Below are positions 22,805-35,829 of a stretch of DNA of 64,000 bases, piece by piece (within the stretch, counting starts at the first letter, position 1; the number at the start of each line of letters is the position of its first letter). The translations under genes were made by a program, and so were the position numbers. This DNA comes from Octopus bimaculoides. Taxonomy: Eukaryota. Location: assembly GCF_001194135.2 (NCBI RefSeq), contig NC_068998.1:30129334-30193333 (forward strand), given 5' to 3'. The notes below the pieces were generated by a model that searched no databases, was not told the origin of the DNA, and saw nothing but the letters and a program-made list of their open reading frames with translations.

Positions 22805-25630
22805 TCATCATCATCATCATTTAACATCTGCTTTCCATGCTGGCATGGGTTGGACAGTTTGACTGGGGACTGGTGAGCCAGATGGCTGCACCAGGCTCCA
22901 ATCTGATCTAGCAGAGTTTCTACAGCTGGATGCCCATCCTAACGCCAACCACTCTGAGAGTGTAGTGGGTGCTTTTTACGTGCCACTGGTATGAGGACCA
23001 GTCATGCAGTACTGGCCACAGCCATGCTCAAATGGTGTTTTTACGTGTCACTTGCACAGGAGCCAGTCCAGTGGCACTGGCAACACCCTCGCTCGAATGC
23101 TGTTTTTCACGTACCACTGGCACAAGTGTCATTAAGGCGACGCTGGTAACGATCACACTCGAAGGGTACTTTTTATGTGCCACTGGTATGGAAGCCAGTC
23201 AGCAGCCTTGGCAATGATCATGCTCGGATGGTGCTTTTAGTGCTCCACTAGCACGGATGCCAGTCATGCGGTGCTGTCATCGAATTTGATTTCGATTTCA
23301 CTTGCTTTAACAGGTCTTTGCAAGCAGAGTTTAGTGTCCAGTGAAAGAAAGGTACGCCTAAGTGGGCTTGTTACACCATTGGCATAGGCCACGGGTTATG
23401 GTCTCACTTGGCTTGCCGGGTCTTCTCAAGTACAGCATATTTCCAAAGGTCTCGGTCACTAGTCATTGCCTTGGTGAGGCCTAATGTTCGAAGGTCGTGC
23501 TTAACCACCTCATCCCAGGTCTTCCTGGGTCTACCTATTCCACAGGTTCCCTTAAACGCTAGGGTGTGACACTTTTTCACACAGCTATCCTCATCCATTC
23601 GCACCACATGACCATACCAGCGCAGTTGTCTCTCTTGCACACCACATCTGATGCTTTGTAGGTCCAACGTTACTCTCAAGGTACTTCTACTCTGTCGAGT
23701 ATGCACACTGATATTACACATCCAGCGGAGCATACTAGCTTTGTTCCTTGCAAGCTTACGCATGTCTTCAGCAGTCACGGCCCATGTTTCACTACCATGT
23801 AGCATGGCTCTTTGTACACATGCATCATACAGTTTACCTTTTACTCTGAGCGAGAGACCCTTTATCACCAGCAGAAGTAGGAGCTCTCTGAACTTTGCCC
23901 AGGCTATTCTTATTCTAGCAGCTACACTTTCAGCACACCCTCCCCTGCTACTGACTTGGTCACCTAGATAGCGGAAGCTATCAACTACTTCTAGTTTTTC
24001 TCCCTGGAATGTGGAAGAAGTTGTACTCTGCATATTTTCAGTGTTTATTGCACCTGAGCATCTGCCACATACAAAAACTATCTTGCTAGTTAGCCTTCCT
24101 TTGATATTGCTGCACCTCTTATGTGTTCATAGCTTATACTGGGTACATCTTATAGAGTTTCTACCTACACCTTTTCTACAGATCGAGCAGGGCCATCTAC
24201 CTGAAGGGGTTTGTGTTTTGTCTGCCTTCTTACTTATTAGGATTTCGGATTTAGCTATGTTGACTCTAAGGCCTTCGATTCTAATCCTTACTTCCACACC
24301 TGAAACTTCTCCTCTAGTTCTGATAGTGACTCAGCAATTAGAGCAAGGTCATCAGCATAGAGGAGCTCCCAGGGGCATCCTGTCTTGAATTCCTCTGTTA
24401 TTGCCTGGAGAACTTTAATAAATAAGAAGGGGCTGAGGCAGTCCTCAGCCCCTTCCTATTTATTAAAGTTGGTGGACCCCTACCTCTACCCGGAATTCTT
24501 CACTGTACTCATTGCCAACCCTCACCTTAATAACAGTGTCCCTGTACATGGCTCGCACAGCTCTTACTAACCATTCATCTATCCCTAGTTTCCTTGTTGA
24601 CCACCAGATAAGGGAACGAGGGGACTCTGTCAAAGGCTTTCTCCATGTCAACGAAAGCCAGGTACAGAGGTTTATCTTTGGCTAGGTATTTCTCTTGCAG
24701 CTGTCTTACCAGAAATATAGCATCAGTGGTGCTTTTCCCAGGCACGAATCCAAACTGCATCTCATCTAAACTGAGTCTCTCTCTCTAATTAGTTGGGCTA
24801 TGACCCTCTCCGTGACCTTCATTACCTGATCCAACAGCTTGATACCTCTGTAATTATTTGCATCTAAATCATCACCTTTACCTTTGTAGCAGTTGAATAT
24901 GGTGCTGCTACACCAGTCATTGGGTATGACACCTTCGTGTATCACCTGGTTAATTATACGGGTGACTAGGCTATAGCCGACACTGCCAGATATTTTGAGC
25001 ATCTCTGCAGTGATTCCTGATGGGCTTTCCCTGTTTTCATACTCTTGATCGCTTTATCTACCAAGATACTGTCAATTCGGATAGCTGGTCCCTCTGTTGA
25101 GTTGACACTCAGCAGACTCTCTTCGTCCCATTCATTCTCTTTATTGAGCAACCTTTCATAGTGGCGTCTCCAAACCTCTCTCTTTGCAGCCTTGTTTAGT
25201 GCAAGTGAACCATCATCCATGCGGACACATTTTTCTCCTCCGATATCATGATTCTCTCTAACACACTGAATGCAACACGAAATACTTCAAGTCTTTGGTC
25301 CTCACAGCGCAGAACATTGGCAAATTTTTTCTTATCTGCTTCCCCTCTGGCTAAATAAACCTGTCTCCTAGCTTCCCTTCTGGCAGTCTGATACAATTCC
25401 CTGCTACCTCCATTCTTCCAGTCCTTCCAAGCGTGTTTCTTTTGTCTAATAGCCCTGTCAACCACATTGTTCCACCACCACGTTACCCTGGTTCGAGAGG
25501 GGACTTTGCACCATCCACAGATCTGGTCAGTGGCTCTCAGTAGGTTGTCCCATAGAAACCTCCTGTTGTCTTCCACATCATGTAATGCTATATCCCCTTC
25601 TATTTTGTCAAAGGCTTCAAGTAATATGTC
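22805..25630 (-). mobile_element. RTE-like LINE, ~2.8 kb 3' part (PHD-finger family)
   Basis: RVTWWWNN, RHYERLLN, YRGIKLLDQVMKV, QFGFVPGKSTTDAIF, KAFDRVP, YADD codons near 24360, FRYLG, GRPRKTWD; minisatellite 3' UTR and (GAT)n tail at ~22805. Confidence 0.9.
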
Positions 25631-25959
25631 TCTAAATCTCTGTGGCCTATAAAAAAACCTTTGTAGAATACAAAAAAAAGCTTCACTATCATATATACAC
25701 TGACAAAAATGATACACTAAAAATAAAACTACAATCTCAACACAGGACTCCTTAAGTGCAATAAACTTCACTTTAGACAGAGCCATTCAACAGTGTGTGT
25801 GTGGGGGGGGGGGAATATAAGTCTATCACATATTTTTAAACTTCTATATTTTATTATTTCTTTCATACATTTATATTTTTATATTTACATTTTATATTCT
25901 TTTCTTTCTTTTTTTGATTTTGTTTTTTCTTTTCTTCTATTTTATTTTTTATTGTCTGG

Positions 25960-28678
25960 GATAGTTGGGTGAGAGTAGCACCTGATAGGTGGATTGTCAC
26001 AGCCTTTTAGGGTTGGTCTGCCCACCTTGGTACCCACTTGACTCCCAGCTCTCATCGTAGTTGTTTGCATGCAACAGTGGCCACACCCAGGCAATGGCTT
26101 CGACACACCAACTAAAGTAGGTGAGGGTAGCTGACAGGTCTGAAAACCTTGGTGTGAAAATCAGGGTTTGCTGACCTTTGGCATGTGAAGACTGGTTCCG
26201 GTGGATTGGGTGGACAAGACCAAAAGTGGTCCAATGTCTATGAAGGCAGTTCCAGCAGGTGCTGTGGAGTGCTTAGAGCAGAACAAGATGTGAAGACGTT
26301 CTGGTCACCTCTTGCAACAAAGAGGTCTCCAGATGTAACAGTTCTCCATGCCACTGGATCAAGGTCTCTTCCACCAAGAGAGTGGGATTGTCCACATGCA
26401 TTGACTCTTCCACTTTAATCAATCTCTGGCACAGGTGTCTGTGTATCTCAGCCCCAACTTCCCATTGAAGTCCTGCAGCAATGGGGGAATGGTGAAAGGG
26501 ATAGGTGGAAATAACCACTGGAAGTCATAGTCATGAACCTGCACAATGGTGGCCTGGGACTTTGGTTGTTGTTCTTCGAACTCAGAGCAGCAGAGGACTC
26601 TGGCAGCATTTTTAGGAATACACTGCTCACCCTAATAAGAGAGGAACCTAGAAAAGGTGGCCCAAAGAAAGCCTGCCCTACACCATCTGGCCAGTTTAAC
26701 CACGACTGGCAGACTTACTCATTTGTGGCCAATTCCAACTGAAAAAGAAACTCATCATTTGGATGTGGAATGTGTGTACCCTTCTAGATTGTGACAATGT
26801 CTCAAGACCCCAGAGAAGGACAGCCCTTGTAGCCAACAAACTGTCAGGGTACAACATCAACATTGCCGCCTTGAGTGAAACCAAACTGGTCAAAGAGGAA
26901 TCGGTGACCGAATCCAATGGATACACCTTTTTCTGGAAAGGAAAGGCCTAGAACGAAGACCACATCCACAGGATGGACTTGCCATCAACATTTGCATAGT
27001 CCCCACCATCCCAAGTGCCCCAAGCTCATCAAGCAAGCCTTCAACACAGCAAGACTCCAACCTACTCAATATCAACAGGACTTCCAGAACAGTCTTGATG
27101 AAAGACTTGATGCAGCAGGTTTGCTTACTGGAGGACCAGAGGCAAAATGGAACCAGTTGAAAGAAGTCACTGAGACAGCCAAAGCAGCCCAGGCCCCAAG
27201 TGGAGGCAAGATCCTTGCTCGCATCCTCCTCAACAGATTCATTGCCAACATCTCCAAGAGTAACCTACCTGAGGCCCAGTGTGGTTTCCGCCCTAGTTGC
27301 AGCACTATAGACATGGAGTTTGCTGTGTGACAAGTGCAGGAGAAGTGCACTGAGTAGCAGATGGACCTGTACGTTGTGTTTATTGACCTGACCAGTCAAT
27401 CAGGAAGCTTTATGGATCATTCTCAGTAAGCTGGGTTGCCTACAAAAATTCACAACCCTGGTCAAGCTCTTCCACAACATTATGAAGGGACAGGTTCTTT
27501 CTAATGGGGACTACATGAACTCCTTCAACAGCTTTAATGGAGTCAAACAGGGCTGTGTCCTTGCCCCAGTGCTCTTCAGCTTGTTCTTCACACAGCTCCT
27601 CCTCCATGTTGTGAAGAACTTTGAGCTGGGTGTGTACGTCAAGTACCGAAGCAATAGCTCTGTATTCAACCTCTGCCACCTGTCTGCCAAAACAAAGATC
27701 AGGGAAAAGCTCATCCTCAAAGCCCTCTTCGCAGATAACTGTGCCCTCATGGCCCACAAGGAAAACCATCTCCAGATCATCATCAACCATTTTGCTGAGG
27801 CATCCAGACTCTTTGGCCTGTCCATCAGCCTTGGGAATATAGAGGTCCTGCTCTAAGCAGCCCCCAAATACAACAAAACCTAAGCTATCCATTACCATTG
27901 ATGGGATTGAGCTGAACTGTGTTGAAAGGCAGCACTATCTCTACAGATGGTTCACTAGATAAAGAGATCACATCCAGAATCCAGAAAGCCAGCCAAGTAC
28001 TCGGTAGACTGAGAGTTAAAAGATTACAACAGAAAAGTGTGTGGCTGTCCATGAAACTCAAGATATACAAAGCTGTTGTTCTCTCCACACTGTTGTATGG
28101 TTGTGAAACATAGACTCCATACTGCCAGAACATCAAGTAGTTGGAACAATTCCATACAAGATCACTGTGCACAATCATGGGCATCTGCTGGTAAGACAGA
28201 GCAGAGTCCACAAGTGTTGAGGCACTTCTGCTAAAGCTCAGTTACATTGGACCAACCACATCATCAGAATGAACAACCATCCCCAGACAGCTGATGTACG
28301 GTGAGCTGAAGGAAGGCACAAGGCAACAAGGAAGACCCAAGTTGAAGTATAAGGACACTCTGAAGGGCAACCTAAAGTGGTGTGACATCCTGCCTTGCAA
28401 ACTCAAGACTACAGCCACAAACAGGGCTACCTGGAGGTCAATCACCTACACTGCTGTAGCTGTCTTTGAGGATAGACAGCGATGCTTTACAGCTGCAAGA
28501 GACAGACATCAATGGGCTGCATCATCCTCAATTCTGATCACAGACTACTAGTGTCCAACCTATGGGTGCCTGTGTGCTTCTGGCTCTGGGCTGCAGAGCT
28601 ACCTGTGTTCTCACTGTTGACTACAGAGACCACAGACTATGCCTTCATCAGAGATCGATGGACTACCAAGAAGAAGTA
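25960..28678 (+). mobile_element. BovB-like RTE LINE with internal deletion
   Basis: AP endonuclease WNVCTL...IAALSETK (26763-26951); RT QCGFRP, GVKQGCVLAPVLF, LFADNC, LLYGCET; ends ...ggactaccaagaagaag. Distinct from the PHD-finger family. Confidence 0.88.
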
Positions 28679-28944
28679 TATATGAATGATTGATTGGTGG
28701 ATTGTCAGTCTTTCAATCAATCCATCTCTTCTATAATTCAGGACCTCACATCTGCCAAGCTCAATTAAGATTCAGAATACAGTTTAAAATCTTACAATTC
28801 TTCAAGAACCAATGTAATAGCACCCAGTTCTAATGGCCCACATCTGCCCACTATTATACTTATGGCTGCAGCTTCACTCGCAATTCGTCATACTAACAAC
28901 TACTATAACTACTGTAGCAAACTCATAAGAGGCAGAGAGAGAAC

Positions 28945-29660
28945 GTAAGTTCGTTTGCCCGAACATGAGAAATTATTGATTTCTCATTGGTTAAAAATTA
29001 CTGCCCATATACGAATTATGAACATCGTTGAAGAAATCTTTCACGGGGTTACAGTTCTATGATTCGTGTATGAGTAGTTATAAAAACCCTGATTTTCGTC
29101 AAAATCTCCAGTGTTTGTTGGTTGCCACTCAAGTCCACGACACTCACCCTTTTGAGTATAGGCTAATATATATGCCATGTTCAATACTCAAATCCGACAA
29201 TATTGAATTGTCGTGAAACCTTATTAGTTAGAATGAGAAATTAGTTAATAATAAGTTTAAGTTGTAATTCTCTACGACGAAATGATTTGGTTTCTGAATT
29301 TCTATAAATGTAAAAAAATATGTATATAATAAATTAATATAGAAGCTTAATTCCTTTTACTTCTCGTTTCTTTCAACTTGTTGAATTTATTTCTGTATAT
29401 TAATGAAACTGTATTTTTTTATGTGTAACGGTAAAAAAAATATAATCTATATCTTCAACATACATGCACGTAATAAACGCACATTCAGCGTCTTGTCATG
29501 TATACATCATAACATTTACGCAGCCTAAACTAAGAGTTATGCTTAGTGATAAATACTTATAATTAAGTTATAAGTAACGAGATTATCATTATAGCTTTTA
29601 ATTTAATAAACAATAATATTTGTTAGAACTTACGAATGATAACATTGTAAATAAAGATAT
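28945..29660 (-). repeat. Unclassified ~700-bp interspersed repeat, copy 2 (inverted relative to copy 1)
   Basis: See 19440-20160. This copy retains more CpGs. Confidence 0.8.
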
Positions 29661-30213
29661 AGTACATCTCACACTTCAACGACCTGTTGTTGTGATAAAC
29701 AACCAACATAAAAAACTGGTGTCCGACCTGTTATACACATAAAACTACAAAAAAATAAAAACTCATGTGGCTGATTTTGTAAACTGAAAACAAAAAATCC
29801 TTGAACATACAGGGCAGCCTCTGATAGAACTAACAGCCAAATCTTCCTCAAATAACACTAACATTCCCCCAAAAGAGGTGAGTCACACTGGATGATGTGT
29901 TCATAGATGCCCTAAGTCTAGGGAAAAGACAGGATGATTACAGCTGGAACATCTTTGATCATAGGACAACACAATGAAAGCTGACCTGGAGGTGGGAGTA
30001 GGATAAATACTATCACCAAGATTATGCCCATCAATGCCACCACAATGCTAACTGCTACCGCCAGTAAAATACAAGCAACTATAAAATACATACCACCACT
30101 ATTGCATACATAACTAAATGCATTAGCACCACAAACACTCCTACCAAAGCAACCACCACTGCTGCCAGCACTAATAACAGTAAAATGAAAACAATATAAC
30201 AGGATAAACTCAC

Positions 30214-30297
30214 TTGATACTTGTGACCATATGCCCTTTTGTGGTTTTTCTTGTAAATCAATTTCAGGATAGCAAGGGCTTCAGTTTCATCTCCAAT
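30214..30297 (-). CDS. SV2: Internal exon of SV2-like transporter (start of central cytoplasmic loop)
   Basis: Acceptor t12-aatattaccag|ATT, donor CAA|gtgagt; 84 nt, phase 0-0. IGDETEALAILKLIYKKNHKRAYGHKYQ continues PESPKFLLS in frame and matches the SV2 xGKxDEAxxILKxIxxxN pattern. Confidence 0.9.
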
Positions 30298-30509
30298 CTG
30301 GTAATATTAAAAAAAAAAAATCAATGCAAACAATGAGCACAGATAAATTGACTGGAAGATAGCCTCTCTAAGTCTTGGTCAACAGTACACCTAGTGATGG
30401 TGTCATGATAAAAACAGTAGTTGCATGAACTGACAATCACTACCTCATATGAGTGACAAAGACAAATTGAGATTTTGAGAACAACTGTGTTAATGGAACT
30501 GGTACTCTT

Positions 30510-32560
30510 AATGGTGAATATATTGTGCCAGGCAGGCTTGGAGCAACTGGTTTGGCTTCAACAGTTTGTCCACAGCAGGTAGAACTAGACATTTCAGATG
30601 AAGATGTGAAAGAAATAAGTAAAAAAAATGGGCAACTGGAAGGCTTTGGGACAAGATGGAGTTCAAGGCTACTGGATCAAAATATATAATGAAATCCATG
30701 CGTGAATAGCTGAACAACTCAATACTTTGTTAAATGCTGACCAAGTGACACCTGAGTGGCTGACAAAGGACAAAACAGTTTTATGCTCAAAAAACATTGC
30801 AAAAGGAAATGTGGTAGATAACTACAGACTGATATCATGCTTGCTACTTATGATGAAGTTATTAACTGGAATCATTGCAGTCAATGTACAGGCATCTTGA
30901 AGAAAATGGAGTTCTACCAGGTGAGCAGAAAGGATGCAAGCATAAGTACAGTTGGCACCAAGGATCAACTTCTGATGGTCAAAAGAGTACTTAGAGATTG
31001 CAAGAAGAGTGAAACTAACGTGGTCATGTCATGGACTGATTACCACAAGGCCTACATTCTTGGATCATGTAATGTGTGAATCTGTTTAGTGTTGCATTGA
31101 ATATCAAGCAATTCCTTAGGAAAAATATGGAGAAGTGGCAGACAGAACAGACAGCACATGGAAGAAGCTTTAGGACAAAAGAAACCAAGGGACATATAAA
31201 AGGTATATTTCAAGTGGACTATCTATCCTCGCTGACTTTTGTACTGAGCATGGTACCACTAACAATGATTCTGAGGAAAGCTAAGGTTGGGTATGAATTT
31301 AAGGGTCACCAATAAAAGGTTAACCACTTGTTATTCATGAACAACCTCAAACTTTACAGTAAGGATGAATCCCAGGTCAGTTCCCTCATTGGCACTGAGT
31401 ATATGTTTAGTGCTGACATCAGAATGGTGTTTTGATAGAAAAAGTGTGACATGTGAATCTTGAATAGAAGCATAATTAAACACATGGATGGGTTCGTGAT
31501 GCCATCAGGAAAGGTTATGAAGCAACTAGGAGAGGAGGATTATAAGTACTTGGGGATATTGGAACTGGACAAAGTAATGGAGGAGGAAATGACAGAAAAC
31601 TTTAAGGTGGAATACTCACACAGACTGAGACTTGTCCTCAAGTCAAAATTGAATGGACAGAATAAGATTGATGCTATCAACATATCATGCTTTAAATATG
31701 GAGCAGAGGTGATTGCATGGACAGTACAAGAGCAAAACAGCTTAGACTGAAAGACAAGAAAGCTATTGACTAGATATGGGGTATTTCCTCCAAAGAGAGA
31801 CACAAGAGACACAAACACCATATAGACCAAGAAAAAGAGGAGGAAGGGGACTGATTGGATAAAAACACAGCATTAGAGCAGAAGAAAACATGGCAAAGTC
31901 CATAAAAAATACCACAGAACCACTATTGTTGGAAGAGGGTTAGGCCTGTGCAGAACTGAAGATTGCAAATATAAAATACAGTAAGCATATGAGTATGGAT
32001 GAAACTGAAAATAGATAGGTAGATAGAGAAAAGATTGTATGGACAATTCCACAGTGAGGTTAAAGATAGAACAGACAAGGTAAAAAAGTGGTTATGAATA
32101 GCTAAAAGTGATTTAAAACCAGAAAAGAGGCCTTAATTTGAGTTGCTCAAGAGCAAGCATTAAGAATTAATTACATCAAACATAGGATAGAACACAAGCA
32201 GAAAGTGGTGAGTGCAGAATTTGTGGAGAGAATAAGGAAACTGTATGACATATTACAAACCGATCTACACCACTAACTCAGAAAGAATATTAGGGGCAGT
32301 AAGACATCATAGCAAAGTTAGTCCATTGGGCACTTTGGAACAAGTATGGACTTGACTGAGCAGAAAAGTGATGTGAACATTAACCAAAGGCATGATAATG
32401 GTAATGCAAAGAACCTGTTGGCATTTATGATTCAGTGTGGCCATGAAATAGAGAATAGGCAACTAGATATAGTAATAATTGAAAAAGAAGGCAGTGCTGG
32501 ATCATAGATATAGCATGTTCAGCTAACAACAAAATAGATCTGAAATCCAGTTCACTAGCA
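30510..32560 (+). mobile_element. R4/Dong-like RLE LINE relic
   Basis: NYRLI, GTKDQLL, PLTMILRKAKVGYEF, YKYLGILE, LKSKLNGQNKI and a decayed CCHC/RLE region. Many stops. Confidence 0.75.
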
Positions 32561-33647
32561 TCTGATCTTCATTTAATTATTCTCTGATCTGAATTCTTTC
32601 ACCACTCATGCCAGTATATTCTTAAGAGAAATTGTCTACTTCTTCCATCATGCCACTTTTGTTTCTCATATGTTTAGCATCCTACGAAATCCCTCTTTTG
32701 ACAGCTTCCAACCCCAACTTTGACAAACACTAATTGTTTTGTATTGCTCTTGTTTAATCACTTTATCTCTGATCTGTCATTTAAAACAGCTCCATCCCCT
32801 TTTGTTCTCTGTGCATTCATTGTCTGTATCCTCTGATTTGTATACCATTTGCATCTACTGGAATGCTCCAATGGTAACACTTCATAACCATCACGTTTAC
32901 TTGTTTACTCCACTTTAGTCACGCAGCATGGCCAGCAGTTGCTGGATAATGACCAGGCCCACCCTGCTGCACAATGGGACACCTGCTGGGTGTGGCACCT
33001 TCACCAATAGCTTCAGTCCTATTCATATGGTTATTACTACCTGTTTTGTTTGACATTTTCTCTCATAAATGAGGTGCACTTTTAGGTTGCCACCATCTCT
33101 AGTAAGGTTGCTCACCAAGGTGAAAGAGGCCTTCTTCCCCTAGTTTTGAAATAAGACTGGTCCTTCTTGAAGGTTGACTGCTATCCAGGGCTAATGAGCT
33201 CAACCTACATAGAGCACTGGTTATTAGAAAGCACCAATCACTTGCCTTTTCACTTCTTTCTCCTGCTAGTTCCAAACAGCTTCACTATGCAAAGGCCAGG
33301 AATTAGACTTGACTGTCAGAAACTATACTTTGTACAGACCACTGGAGCATTTTATAAGTGAAGGACACTAAACTCCTTTCACCACTCTAATACTGACAGT
33401 TTTCTTTTCCTCCTCCTCCTCTTCTTTTTACTATCACTACTTTTATTATTACTATTACCACTACTATTATCATTGCCAACACTACCATGCTATTATTACC
33501 ACTTTTAATATTAAGATAATTGCCACAGTAGCTTGGTTGCTTGAACTTTTGCTTATTATCTTGCATGTGGGAGTAGTGAGTCAAAGATGAAGATAAGGTC
33601 ACAGGGGTAGGCATTATTACTTATACATAAAGTGGAGAGAGGGACAG

Positions 33648-33688
<41 letters not shown>

Positions 33689-33699
33689 CAAAATGTCTG

Positions 33700-35380
33700 T
33701 GATACCAACAAAACGACGATTAATATGAAGGAGAACAACGACATGACGAAAAGAATGATTCCATGACTGACATTGAGGAGACTGAGTTTGTGAGACATGT
33801 AAGAGTTGCACTTCTCTAGTAAGATCCAATATTGCCTTTAATGTAGCTTCCAAAGTGGGCTCCTGATCCAACGACAACAAAACAACTTGCTGAAAGGAAA
33901 AAGAGGAGTTTGCAGGTGGTCCCAACAATGCAGGATTGCCAGTATAATCCATGATTTTGTCTGCAGAAGAAGCTAGTTAATCTGCCGAACTAGTTTCCAC
34001 CATAGGTACCAAAATGGCCTGAATATTAGGTGGCAGCCTGGAGAAAAAGAGTTGTTTGATCATTACACTATCTGCTGGTGCATTTTTGGCTAGTTTTTTT
34101 CATTTGTCTTAATAGCCATGGAGGCTTACGATCACCAAGATGTTCATTGTTCACTGATGTGTGAAATTTCTGCTCTGCAGATAGAGAAGTCCGTCACAAG
34201 ATCTCTGACTCAACACTGTAGTAAGTGGCATCTGATGGCAGGTCAGTAATAAGATCCTTAACTGTTGCCATTAAAGAAGATTGGATAGCACTGAGTAAAA
34301 TGTGGAGCTGTTGGCCTCCGAGGATGTGTTATTAACTGCAAAATGCAACTCTATCTAAGCGAAAAATACATGAACATCGCCAGTAAAATTTGGCAAGGGG
34401 TTGCTACCCATGATGGGAAGACAGCATAACACTTGAATAAGAAGAAAATCAGAAATAGCAGCTAGGAACACCAGATCTGATGAAGAAGGAAAGGAAGAAA
34501 TAATGTCCTTCTAGTTGAAAAATGAAAGGTTTTGTTCACTTGGAGATAAATACACACTGAACTGGTGAGAAAAGAAGAATAAGTCTTTCATTGAAGTTAG
34601 CTGACCTGCTGGGATGAGGCCTGGAATCACCAAAGTGTCATGAAAATAATGAAGACACTGTGCATGGAAAATTCAAGCCAGGCAAATTTAATAGAGAACT
34701 CTCAAGATTTGGCATGCACATCCACTGTGCATGCTCAAATAGGCAATTTTACACAAAAAACTAATGAGGAAGATGAAGAGAGGCACCATGTTGGACAAAG
34801 CTACAAGGTGTATGTGATGACAAAACATTGACAGCTGAAATTGTAGGAGAAAAATATTTCAAAAGGAGATTATTTGAAAGAACACCATGTATTTCCTTGA
34901 AAGAAAAATGCATAACCTACTAGGTATAATTTTGAAATGAAGACACATTCCAGAGGTTTACTTGAGCAAGAGAAAATATTCCTACATCAGGTCACCAATT
35001 TTTAGTGGATAGGCACTAAGATATCAGCCGAGCTTTTATAATAGCAGTAACAGAATACCTTGTAATGCAATAATTATAATTCCAAGTAGATATGAATACT
35101 GGACAATGTTCAGAAGGCTTAACAGAATAATAATAATTTATTGGAAGAGGAATTGATGATAGAATTAAATCGAAGCTTACGCTGCCGGCATACTGTGCAT
35201 AACATTCTGAGATAGGGCATAACAGTGTCCTAGGTGAATAGAAGGAATGTTCAGGCTCCTTGTCATAAGGTCACAAATCCAAATGAGGTGTATGCAGCAT
35301 ATTAAAAATACAACAATTACAGTTACTTCATAATGTAAAAATATGGAACATGATAAATGTTTGAACAGTCTTATAATCTG
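33700..35380 (+). mobile_element. Possible piggyBac transposase relic
   Basis: Scattered fragments (acidic N-terminus, PVKFG near 34380) in the expected order. No TIR or TTAA identified. Confidence 0.3.
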
Positions 35381-35609
35381 GTATTAAATTCTGGAATGTT
35401 TCTCCATTAGATATTTCCATGTGGTGTTGAGTTCAGACAGAGACATAACACTACGTCTTAGTTCTCCTAAGATCTGACTGGAACTGATGAAAAACTTTCC
35501 TGTATCTTGTGACAGGCAGCTGTGTGTATCTATGTGTGAGGCAAAGTGGTTGGCTACACTAACCAAATTATGCATAGATTGATAACAATTCTGCCAAAGG
35601 GAAATAGTG

Positions 35610-35790
35610 TTCCTACATGTCCATCTTTACATTCTGAGTTCAAATCCCGCCAAGGTCAACTTTGCCTTTCATCCTTTTAGGGTCAATAAAATAACTACCA
35701 GCTGAGCACAAGGGGTCAATCTAATTTACTTACTCCTTTTGCCCAAATTTCAGGCCTTGTGCCAATAGTAGAAAGAATTATTATTATTGT
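35610..35790 (+). mobile_element. SINE, 5' truncated
   Basis: Same core as 18461; (ATT)n tail. Confidence 0.75.
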
Positions 35791-35829
35791 TTTGTGTCAG
35801 TATAGGTTTTATTCTTGGTAAAATTTATG

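Noticed and set aside
25960-26140. HDV-like ribozyme at the 5' end of the BovB-like RTE
   Set aside because: Such ribozymes are known in some RTEs, but I could not build the double pseudoknot by eye; a motif search is needed.
29148-29178. Apparent first coding exon MAYILAYTQK with good Kozak context and a gtgagt donor (minus strand)
   Set aside because: It lies inside an interspersed repeat; the homologous sequence recurs at ~19888-19925.
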